A stretch of 63,229 bases of DNA, the filler included, from Bonamia ostreae (taxonomy: Eukaryota), in assembly GCA_040357525.1 (NCBI GenBank). It is 57 parts of 57 records of this genome, joined end to end, with 100 filler letters (N's around TTAATTAATTAA, not from the genome) between each part and the next. Parts side by side here need not be neighbours in the genome. Positions count along the whole stretch, not along the records: positions 52,286 to 53,291 come from JBDODL010003076.1; positions 53,392 to 54,396 come from JBDODL010003077.1; positions 54,497 to 55,501 come from JBDODL010003078.1; positions 55,602 to 56,605 come from JBDODL010003079.1; positions 56,706 to 57,709 come from JBDODL010003080.1; positions 57,810 to 58,813 come from JBDODL010003081.1; positions 58,914 to 59,917 come from JBDODL010003082.1; positions 60,018 to 61,021 come from JBDODL010003083.1; 49 more parts are not named here. One strand, written 5' to 3'. Position 1 is the stretch's first letter. Every line of letters starts with the position of its first letter. The translations under genes were made by a program, and so were the position numbers. Positions 52,549-63,229 of the stretch are shown here, in pieces. Under the pieces are notes generated by a model. The model saw nothing but the letters and a program-made list of their open reading frames with translations, was not told the DNA's origin and did no database searches.

Positions 52549-52683
52549 AATGTGAAGATGGGCATTACGGGAAGAATTGTCTCTCTCCGTGTGGAAATTG
52601 TGCACAATTAACATTCTGTAACAAAGAAAATGGAACCTGTCCTCACGGATGCCTTCCACATTGGAGTGGTCAACTTTGTGACG
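52549..52683 (+). CDS. MEGF10/11-like EGF-repeat exon, host
   Basis: Phase 1-1 exon ECEDGHYGKNCLSPCGNCAQLTFCNKENGTCPHGCLPHWSGQLCD. Confidence 0.85.
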
Positions 52684-54496
52684 GTAAAATGTAGCTAAGA
52701 GTTTTTAAAAGGTGCATGTATTCCTCCAAACAAGTTATGTTTATTTTTGGATTACTTCCACAATCTAACAAAACTGCGTGGTAATTGATACGTAAAAATA
52801 AGATTAACGGGAGTCAGTAAGAGTTACACACTCTGTGACAAGAAATGTTATCGTTGTGTACTGCTTAAGTATAATGTATACAAATTTTACGTTCTTTTTT
52901 AACATTCCAAAGTGTCTCAAGAAGGATACACATATTTCCGTGCTATGATGAACAAACGCAACTTTCTGTTAGAAAGCAAATGAAATATATCCTCACAGGT
53001 GGTAATTTTCTGGTTTGATTATATATGCAATTACATGCTCAGTTGTTAAAATCTAAAACATACTGGAGTGTTTTAGCCTGTTAGAAATCGATACCAATTT
53101 TTAGATACATGTATATTCTCATACATTTATTTTTTTTTTCAATTTAGAACATCAACTTATTTCATTGTTTTGCAAGGAACGAAACATTACAAAGAGGCTG
53201 TGCATAGCTCCCGTGAATTTTTCCCCATCGTGCATTGTACAATTAAATCATGCAACAACAACGTTTTTGTATACATGCATGACTTATTATTNNNNNNNNN
53301 NNNNNNNNNNNNNNNNNNNNNNNNNNNNNNNNNNNTTAATTAATTAANNNNNNNNNNNNNNNNNNNNNNNNNNNNNNNNNNNNNNNNNNNNTACGTCTGC
53401 TAATTGACCAAGAATCATCGTTCCTGATTTCTCTGAATCCTTTATCTGATGTCAAAGAGGTATTCCGTATATTTGTACTTGAAGAGTTCGCGTGTTTCAC
53501 AAAATGTATTATGACTAAGATTAAAAGTTAGAAAATAGTGATGATATATTCTAACCTGGATCCCCACGGAGGCCTTAAACTTTAAATTTGTGTCTTGCAT
53601 TTTATACAGGAACGTTTTTCTGTAGTTGTAAGGGCAATTAACAAGCGGTTTCTATATAGCTTCACATCTACATGAGCAATTGTTCGTCCTCAACTTGAAT
53701 ATATATAACATAATACCATTATTTATATGGTGTTGAAATTCAGGAAGATAACATATTAGCACTCTATAAATTGGTTGAAAACTGAAAAACATTAAAGTAT
53801 TCTAACATAAATCCTGAACTGATGGGCCAAGTTCAAACTAAAATAAATAAATTATTTTTGTGTTCCACTATAAATGTTTGAAATCATCTTTATTTACTGT
53901 GACGTCACATTAGAACTGTGACATTACGTTGCTGTAACCTCTGACATTAACATGGATGCAGCTCATAAGGTTTTTATTTGCATAATGTGATACTATACGA
54001 AAATATTCTTTTGGTTCCATTATAAAATGAGAATTGACATAAAGACTGATTCATATATCCGGGTAGCTTTAAAGTAAAGGTAAAATGAATGCATTACAGC
54101 ATTTTCAAGGTATGGACTTATCAAAGGAATGCATGTATATATCTTCTGTTCTGTTTCATAGCTTAAAGACTGGGTTGATGACGACATCAAAACTATATCT
54201 CTGGATCCCTATGAGATTACCAAGAATACACAAACAACAGTGTCTAACGACATCAGAAAAACGAACATAGATATAACTCGAAGAAAGGTTGGTTGATATA
54301 TATTCATTCAGATATTCTCATATTTTATATTCCAATAACCTCATCAGCGATTTTGTAGTGTTTAAGTTCTACAATAAGAAAAGTGTTTAACTATTTNNNN
54401 NNNNNNNNNNNNNNNNNNNNNNNNNNNNNNNNNNNNNNNNTTAATTAATTAANNNNNNNNNNNNNNNNNNNNNNNNNNNNNNNNNNNNNNNNNNNN

Positions 54497-55501
54497 TTCC
54501 CGCGATTCACTGTTTTTACATTTGACAAAACATCTACAATTGTAACAACATATTGCTTTTTCATGAATGGATAATCCAATGAGGTCAATTATAGGGAAAA
54601 TACACACAATACAATGCCAAGGTATGCAAATAAGGGAACACAAAAACTGTTTGGTACATGACAATTTTGGATCACCATCGCTACTCTGACTAGGGGAATT
54701 GTTATCACTATCACTTCTCTGCTGAATTGACAACCTTGCCGCTTGTTTTCCGTCACGTTTATTATTTGATTTATGTCTTATTCTACACGAACAACACACA
54801 CGGGTTTTATCATGACGCTCAAAACACTTTATACAGTAATTAATACAATTACAAATGAAATCTTTAACAATATTATTACTCGGACCAGTGGAATCTCTTT
54901 TACTTTCACTACTCGGACCAGCGGAATCTTTTTTACTTTCACTACTCGGACCAGCGGAAACTGTATTACTTTCACTACTCTGACCTCGGGAAGTTTGATT
55001 ATTTTCACAACACTGACTACAGCAACATTTACAACACTGACTACAGCAACATTTACTACAATCACAACGACAGCATAAACAGACACAAAAGCTGTGCCCT
55101 AATTTTATACAATTTTGTTTCATTATTTCTATATGGCTCGTAAATCTATCACTGACTTTGTGTGAAGCACGTGAAGACATATAAATATTATACAGAGCAC
55201 TGCAAATAGACATTCCAATAAATGAACCTAACGTCGCATACACAACATCCAGAATATAGGCTGAATTTTCACATGGCAGGAAATCAAATATTGGCTCACT
55301 CGTGCCTACAACATGTCTGTAATCTTCATATAGAGTACTTGTTATGTGTTTTCTATACACTGTGCGATACAATCCGAATGGAAATAGACTAAAAAACCAT
55401 ATGATGAACATGAGTCGGAATGAAGGTGAGTTGTAGACATATTGGCTAATCCAGTTACACAACTTATTGCAACAATTACAATTTCCATCAACTTCAGAAT
55501 A
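54497..55501 (-). CDS. Host Cys-rich membrane protein, partial, with 33-bp and 24-bp coding repeats
   Basis: Long ORF with hydrophobic helices, CCCSQCC repeats and AGPSSESKxDS repeats. Confidence 0.6.
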
Positions 55502-55676
55502 NNNNNNNNNNNNNNNNNNNNNNNNNNNNNNNNNNNNNNNNNNNNTTAATTAATTAANNNNNNNNNNNNNNNNNNNNNNNNNNNNNNNNNNNNNNNNNNN
55601 NGTTTCAACAGAAAAAAATATTTTTTTATTCGTTTCAACAGAAAAAAATATTTTCATAATTCGTTAAACAAAAAAG

Positions 55677-56495
55677 GTCGAATGCACATCGCACAAGGGC
55701 TCATGAAAACGACCAACGTCAACAAACTCACCAGCTCCGGCATCCACTTCACCTTCCTCGTTGCCGACTGGTTCGCCCAGCTCAACAACAAATTCAAAGG
55801 AGACCTCTCCAAGATCCGCAAAGTAGGACAATACTTCCTCGAAATCTGGAAGGCGTGCGGGATGAACCTCGAACACGTCTCCTTCGTCTGGTCTTCCGAA
55901 GAAGTCAACAAACGCCCCGACGAGTACTGGCAAATGGTGATGGACATCGCCCGCAAAAACAGCGTCGCGCGCGTCAAGCGCTGCGGCCAAATAATGGGCC
56001 GCTCCGGAGACGCCGACTCGGCTCAGAACGAGTCGCTTCTGCGCTCCATCTTCCGCTCCCGCGAAGCAGACGCCGCTCTTAACGAAGACGAGTTCGTGCG
56101 AAAGCACCTTCCGTCTGCTCGCAGCGACAACCAACCGGTGGCGCAGCTGTTGTATCCTTTGATGCAATGCGCGGACGTCTTCTTCCTGCGCTCGAGCATC
56201 TGCCAACTGGGGCTGGACCAGCTGAAGGTGAACGTGTTGGCGCGGGAGTACTGCGACCAGCTCAAAGGCGAGAAGAAGCGGCTGCGGAAGCCGATCGTGT
56301 TGTCGCATCCGATGCTGATGGGACTGAAGCAGGGGCAAGCGAAGATGTCGAAGTCCAACCCGGATTCGGCGATTTTCATGGAGGACTCGGAGGCCGAGGT
56401 GGAGCGGAAGATGAAAAGAGCTTATTGCAAACCGGGAGATGTGGAGGAGAATCCGGTGTTGGATTATCTGGACAAAGTGGTGTTTCCGTGGTACG
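55677..56495 (+). CDS. TyrRS: Tyrosyl-tRNA synthetase (HIAQ type), protist
   Basis: GRMHIAQG, VADWFAQLNNK, YPLMQCAD, CQLGLDQ and KMSKS motifs. Confidence 0.96.
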
Positions 56496-57889
56496 GTTGT
56501 AACAGTGATTTTCTCTTTGTTGTGACAATAATTTTTTGTCTTTAAAATTTTTTTTATTTTTAAATTTTTAAATTTTTTTTTCGTTTTTTCGCTTTTTTTA
56601 AATTGNNNNNNNNNNNNNNNNNNNNNNNNNNNNNNNNNNNNNNNNNNNNTTAATTAATTAANNNNNNNNNNNNNNNNNNNNNNNNNNNNNNNNNNNNNNN
56701 NNNNNTTTGTTCTTAAACACAAACAGTTTTAATTAAAGTTTATTCGGGTTATGATTAGTCTTGAAAGCAGTCGCACAATCACGCACGATAAGATCACCAA
56801 CCGTAATGGGATGGCGTAGTTTCACGATAGTTCGTGCAATTAGCCGAACATTGTCGCTAGATCCATACCATTATCTGTAGGAAATAAAAATCATATGTCT
56901 TTTATAAACACTCTTTCGATCTTGAGTACTTTATCACGATAACTTAGCAGTTTTCGTGTACATAACTTTTTCAAAATTTAGATTTGTGCATTCCACTGCA
57001 TTCAATACGTGCGATTTAGTGTAGAAGGTATGTATTCGTATTGGCAGAAAAAGGCAAACCAAAATATATGATCCGAAACTCGTCTTCTTTTCAATTTTTT
57101 GTAATATATTACTATATCAGTATCACCTTAATTGGTTTACCAATGTTTGATACACAAACTTCCTCACAGTCAATAAGCGTGACACCATGAATTAACGTTA
57201 TAAAACCGAATAATGCAATTCCCGTCAGTTAATATAATCTTATTATAGAACTCGCACAGTTAATGTAATGTAATACTACATTAGATGTGTGACTCGCAAT
57301 GTATCAGATTCTATCAGCTGGCATGGATTACATTAGTCGGTGCTACATAGGGTGATAGAAATGACACCACATGAGTAAAAGACAAATTCACTACAATTTT
57401 ATGACAGTCATTAGCAGCTTTAGTCATATAGATACAGAAATTTTGGATGATGTCCAGTGTACATTCATGTATTTTGAAAATAGCGACTTCAAATCCCTCT
57501 ATATCACGTAATATCATTTCGAAGAATATTTTCATATAAAACATTTCAATTCTACTATGAACAATGTAATAATAATGATTTCGATTTCAATTGAGTATAG
57601 GAGACCAGGTGTGTGGGTCGTTCTTGTCCATGGTCAAACAGAACAATTCAGTACGTTAATGACTGCCCAATAACGAAAGAGGATGTGGACATAGCTACCA
57701 ATATCAAGGNNNNNNNNNNNNNNNNNNNNNNNNNNNNNNNNNNNNNNNNNNNNTTAATTAATTAANNNNNNNNNNNNNNNNNNNNNNNNNNNNNNNNNNN
57801 NNNNNNNNNTGCATATACCGTGGGAATGTTTATTATAAGCAGTTTAAAAGTATATACAGGAATTTATTTTCGGTTCTGATGCAGATAGT

Positions 57890-58350
57890 GTTCGTACAAC
57901 CTTTCGAAATACATGAGAAAGTGTGTGGAAAACGTTTCGAGGCATTTTCAGTTTTATTTTGCATTTGAAAATAATATATGCAAGGACAAAACGCCGAGAG
58001 GATTTCGAATATAAGTAACTTTTATTCCTCCAAAACATTTGGTAGTTTAGTTCTGTTCTGGGACCAAGATTTTGAAGTTGTGTTGTCACGACGTTATACT
58101 TTGTTATATTGGTGAACTAGTTTCATTTAGAGCTTCAAAAATATATACATGTACAGGTGTGTATTATTGATTCTGAAGCAATTAATATTCATACAACCTT
58201 TTGGCATATATGAAGAAGTGCGTGGAAAACGTTTAGATGCATTATCTAAATTTTATTTTGCTTTTGAAAATAATATAGGCTAGGACAACAAAGCTGAGGA
58301 AAAATTCACAGAACGGCAACTTTGATTTCTATAAAACATTTGGATATTTA
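57890..58350. repeat. Diverged direct duplication, ~300-bp period, host
   Basis: TACAACCTTT...GTG.GTGGAAAACGTTT...TTTTATTTTGC.TTTGAAAATAATATA at ~57895 and ~58192. Confidence 0.75.
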
Positions 58351-58913
58351 CCAAAAGGAACACTTTGAATTGTTTTAGGATTTCCTCAACCAATGATTTC
58401 AATGAGACAGTAAAGGAAATAGCTTCCAACGAACGGGACATGGGCTGATTACCTACCTTATGAAGTTATGGTTAGAAATTGTTAACATTATATAATCATT
58501 GATATTATAGTTAAGAAGACCACGTCCCTAGCGTGTAATTACTCAGAGGTATTGATGAAGGAACGGCTTCGAATCTTGTAGTTAGGACTTTATCCTGTAT
58601 CATATCGTTAAACTGTTTCTATCAAAAGCTTTAGAAGTTTATACAGATGTGTAGTTTTTGTTCGTATTCAACTATTTTTCATAAAACATTTTCCCATGCC
58701 GGAGAAAGTGTGTGAAAGCAATTTAAGCTTACTGTAGATGTAGGAATCAATGTGACAATGTAGACAAAGTGGTTTCATATTTTTTTCAAAGAAACTTAGA
58801 AAATGTCAACAGANNNNNNNNNNNNNNNNNNNNNNNNNNNNNNNNNNNNNNNNNNNNTTAATTAATTAANNNNNNNNNNNNNNNNNNNNNNNNNNNNNNN
58901 NNNNNNNNNNNNN

Positions 58914-59917
58914 TTATTAATATCATTTTTGATATCTTCAAACGATTTGTTCGTTCTAATCCGCAAATTATCGTCAGATTTTTGCGATTGTAATTTTTGA
59001 AGCACCTTTTAATGTTACAAAAACTTTTTTAGCCAAAACAAAGGCGATTTTGTTATTTTTTATTTCGTAACAAATTCTTTTAGCGGAAGGCACAAAAGTA
59101 CTCAAATCTCCAAAGTAACTTCTATCGAAATTTTCAAACAGACTCAAAACCCATTTCAAGATCCCGCAAATCGCTTTTCTGTCAAGTTCCTTAAAAGTTG
59201 CGAAAAGTTACATCGATGTAATCTTCGGTGTGCGCTAGGACGTTTTTGAGAGTGATTTTCGGTCCAATTATTTCGCTCGCGATATTGAGACAGTTTTCGT
59301 TGCTTTTCAGCAATTTTGGGTCGCCGATGTTGTTCAATAGTCCTTCTAAAATAAATGTGAACTGATCTTCGTCAAATTTGTCGTGTGAGCGCATCATGAT
59401 CTGGTAAAACAACCGGGACATTTCTTTCACGACGTTAATCTCGTTGGACTAAAAATTGTTTTGAAAACTTTCCAACCGTCGATTTCAACAAGAAACAGAA
59501 TCATTTGCGAACAGAAATCGTCTTATTAAAAGTTTAGTTCAAAACTGATTTCTTCGTGAGACGAAATGATTTCTGTGACCTGTTTCAATAACTTTAAATT
59601 ATTTGGCGAAAACGTCGCAGCACTTTTTGACGTTTTTCGTTTCGCAGAGCTCTTCCAAAATGTCGATCGGTATCAGTTTTTTTAGTGCTTCAAGGTTCCT
59701 TGAGACTCTCGCCATTTTTGTTTCTTTGTTTCTGAATTTGTTGCAATTTTTTATTGAAGAAAACTTTCGTATCGTCAGAAATCGGTTTGTTTTTTTGGAC
59801 GGGAATCGCAGTGTTTTCATATTCGGTTTGATGATTTCCCGTTTTTTCGAGTTTGGAGCTACAAATGCGTTTGGTTTCTTCACTTTTGTACTTTTTTCTT
59901 TTGATTTGTTTTCGAAT
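58914..59917 (-). CDS. XMAP215/ch-TOG family TOG domain, protist, partial
   Basis: GWK/SNEINVVK..ILEGLLNNIGDPKL..CLNIASE..LKWVLSLFENF aligns by eye with TOG3; introns 59449-59468, 59190-59211. Confidence 0.7.
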
Positions 59918-62225
59918 NNNNNNNNNNNNNNNNNNNNNNNNNNNNNNNNNNNNNNNNNNNNTTAATTAATTAANNNNNNNNNNNNNNNNNNNNNNNNNNN
60001 NNNNNNNNNNNNNNNNNGTACTGATAAAAACTATTGCATCTTATTATACATCAGCTTTGGCGTATCTTGAAAGCATGGACGGAATATTATTGAACTATGC
60101 TTGAAACACATGTTTGATTTTCCTGAAAACAACAGTTCAACTAATTAGATTATTATGTAGACTTCAGTACTATCTATCTTTGTTATTGCTAACTCTTGCA
60201 ACAATTCTCAATAGAAGACTAGGAAATAATGCATCTTATTGTATATAAGCAAAATTGTAAATGTCGGTTTGTGCCAGTTGACAAAAATATTTTAACTGGC
60301 ACATACAATTATTTGCCGTCCGCCTTATGAACATCTGTCGATTGCCACAAACTTATAGGACGCATATATTATATGACGTTCGGCACATACTTTTATATAT
60401 AAATATGTGAAGGTCAATAGATATAATATTATTTCTCGTCAACTAGCTTCCATACGAGATCCTTTGTGAAAAATGATCTCCTGGAAAAAGTTTTAGACAT
60501 ATTAATCTAACGTTTGCCGTTTTATCAGAAATCGTATAGAAGCCTCTTGGAGACCGTTAATTACAAACTTAATTATGGATTGCATATTATACACATTTTT
60601 ACAAGATATGATATTTTAGGAGAAAGAAGGCAAACAGCATACATGTAATTTCCCCTTACTCATTTTTGTATTAGTTTTTATTTCATTTTATTATTTTTTA
60701 CACTTGAGTTTTCCTTCTCAATAATCAAATGAGCAAAACCATTATAATGGTACATTGTGTGATGAATTTTGAGAAAAAAATATCTGTTGACAAATTAAAC
60801 TCAATCTAAACGTTTGGAAGTCACAATTTGTTTTGGAAATATTATTTGTAAAACATATAAAACAAAAAGAAAAAAAAACGTGTAAAGTTAGATTCATGAC
60901 ATTTTAATTATTATTCAGCATCTCTGTTGTATATGTAAGTTATGGTAAATATGACAGTGATTTACTTCATTTTATTGTATATCAAAATGGTATGTGTATG
61001 TGATTCATGATTTACAAACAANNNNNNNNNNNNNNNNNNNNNNNNNNNNNNNNNNNNNNNNNNNNTTAATTAATTAANNNNNNNNNNNNNNNNNNNNNNN
61101 NNNNNNNNNNNNNNNNNNNNNAACATGTCGATATTTTATTCAAAATAACTTACAAGCAAAATAGTTGTGTTGTCTGATTACGTTCATTCATGCCAATTAT
61201 ATTATTACTGAAATATTCTATACAATTGCCTTTCCTCATTTAAAATACTGTTGTACTATTTTGGAAAACAAGATAAGTTTTTACAAAATTATGTAAACTT
61301 CAAAATTGAGCTGCTTTCGGAGTTATTTTTGATATATATTTTATACACCTTCAACAGATCTATTGCCCGGATGCATGATTCGTTGTCTTAAAACAGCACT
61401 AATTATTTTTACATTACTTCTTGCTGTGCGATACTTGAACAACTTTCAAAATTATATTGAATATCTTTTTTTAACTTAGATATTGTTTTGAATATTTCAT
61501 TTCTTAGTAATGATGGTATTGTTTATTTCTTTGAATTTGCCGTGTGAATGACGATATAAGTGATAACTTTAATGGAATATATGCTGATACATACATGATT
61601 GAATTCATAGCAATGTAAATGTAACCCCCCAACCCACAACCCCCCAAAGACAGTTGTCATAGAAACGCGAAGCCTCTATGGTCATGCGTTAATCCAAACT
61701 TTTTTGTCAAGGAGATTTGTCGAAATGTTTGCTAGACCCCTATAGCTGAAAATTATTCAAGAGCGGGCGCAGAATATCAATTAGTTGGGTTGGGGATGAC
61801 CAATTTAGGATCCCCCATCAGGCCCCGAATGGATGCATGGATCTATGGCAAAGTCCTGGTGTTGTCCCTGGGTACAAAACCCTCGAAGTTACATGATCTC
61901 CTAAAAGCCTCGCATAGAGTAAGTTAGATGTTTGAAAACTATTTATTGCTACTTATTTATTTTTAAAAAATTTAATACGGCTAGGGGAATATGAGAACGT
62001 ATATTATTAATGTATATAGTGAAATATGTACGTGTATGAAACGCACATTGGCTTATCTGAACGGGTTATTCCAATTTCAATGATTATTTGTGCAAGTTTA
62101 GGTAGAGTTGATTATATATTCTATANNNNNNNNNNNNNNNNNNNNNNNNNNNNNNNNNNNNNNNNNNNNTTAATTAATTAANNNNNNNNNNNNNNNNNNN
62201 NNNNNNNNNNNNNNNNNNNNNNNNN

Positions 62226-63045
62226 TTTCTGTAAATCTGCTTTTTAGAGCTTTGCTCAAGTCTTTTTTGCCATAATCTCCAGATGGATTCATTGTCGCCA
62301 TTATCGCGAATGAAGTCTCTGCTTCTAAATTTAAAAAATTTTGCGAATTTAATTTAAAAATTCAAATTAAAACTGATTTCTTTGTAAATATTCGAAGTTG
62401 AACATTTTTCGGGCACAAAAATGGATCGACCTTCTTCTAAGACACTGTTCAATCGTTCGATAACAGCATTTTCGGCCAAAGAAATCTTTTTTATAATTTT
62501 GAAAAAAAACTTCGTCGAAGAGAATATAATCGCCGTTGATCATGGCTTGCAACAAAACGCCATCAGCCCATTCGAAAATTTTGTTTGAATGTTTTTCTGT
62601 GTTTCTGACGGGTCGAAATTCGCCGATAAAATCAGAAGATTCTGTGTTTTGATTGCAGTTTAGAATGTGAAGTTTTCTTTTTCGAAAGAGGGAAATCAGC
62701 TATTTTTGTTGTTTGATATAATATTTATCCAAACGTTTTAAGTCCGGATAGTTATTTGGTATAATAACAATATAAAAAAGTCCGAAAATGGAGATAAAAC
62801 AAAATTATCCGATAAAATTACAAAAAAAGAAATATATAAAATGAACACTGTAAACAAATTTTATAAACTTGGCAAATGGTGGTTTTGCTGTTTCCAGGGC
62901 CTCCGACGAGCAGAACAGGTTCGTTGTTTTGAATTGCGGCCAAAACTAGATTAAACAAGCGCATCATTTTTGGTGTTAGAGTTATCGATTTTAGTCCAAA
63001 TTTGTTCAATTTTGTTTTTTCGATCAACATTTTTTCTATTTTCAT
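62226..63045 (-). CDS. MDN1: Midasin/Rea1 AAA module, protist
   Basis: EPVLLVGGPGNSKTTICQ/..LNCNQNTESSDFIG..FEWADGVLLQAMINGDYILFDE/ISLAENAVIERLNSVLE../ATMNPSGDYGKKDLSKALKSRFTE; introns 62700-62868, 62486-62510, 62325-62373. Confidence 0.93.
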
Positions 63046-63077
63046 TTTGTTCCTTTTTTAATATTGTTTAAAAGCGA

Positions 63078-63229
63078 TTTTTTGTTTAATTAAAAGAAGA
63101 TTTGATTTTTGTCGATTTTTTGTTTGATTAAAAGACGATTTGATTTTTGTCGATTTTTTGTTTAATTAAAAGACGATTTGATTTTTGTCGATTTTTTGTT
63201 TGATTAAAAGACGATTTGATTTTTGTCGA
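63078..63229. repeat. ~39-bp tandem repeat, about 4 copies
   Basis: GATTTTTTGTTT(A/G)ATTAAAAGACGATTTGATTTTTGTC repeated to the window end. Confidence 0.95.

Noticed and set aside
3425-56502. Antisense/overlapping ORFs such as 3425-3934, 44614-45324, 49055-49564 and 55664-56338
   Set aside because: Shadow ORFs of GC-rich real exons on the other strand or frame
1019-62225. Regularly spaced TTAATTAATTAA as a CRISPR-like or biological repeat
   Set aside because: Always embedded in N44 padding; it is a synthetic six-frame-stop linker

Overview
This window is not one locus. It is 57 unrelated contigs of about 1 kb, sorted by length (1018 down to 1004 bp) and joined by an artificial 100-bp spacer (N44-TTAATTAATTAA-N44). 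At least three sources are mixed. (1) About 18 gene-dense contigs come from a divergent, compact protist with short introns. They carry fragments of adrenodoxin reductase, Rad21/Rec8, proteasome beta5, Piwi, MEMO1, beta-adaptin, Snf7, RPA1, SHMT, TyrRS, XMAP215 and midasin. (2) Most contigs are repeat-rich animal DNA with oyster-type SINEs and satellite, RNF213 and MEGF10-like exons, and Gypsy and LINE pieces. (3) One contig is intronless and phage-like. The mix fits a parasite sequenced from oyster tissue, such as a Bonamia-like haplosporidian; this is inference only. The most notable signals are the protist's GTT(T/A) splice donors with no +5G and introns down to 20 nt, an A/C-to-G/T skew switch across its GC-rich exons, a Piwi-clade Argonaute, an intact -1 frameshift pseudoknot in a Gypsy element, a roughly 38-aa TyrRS insertion and the phage-like fragment. 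No multi-gene system can be inferred across contigs. All homology calls are from motif recognition, not database searches.
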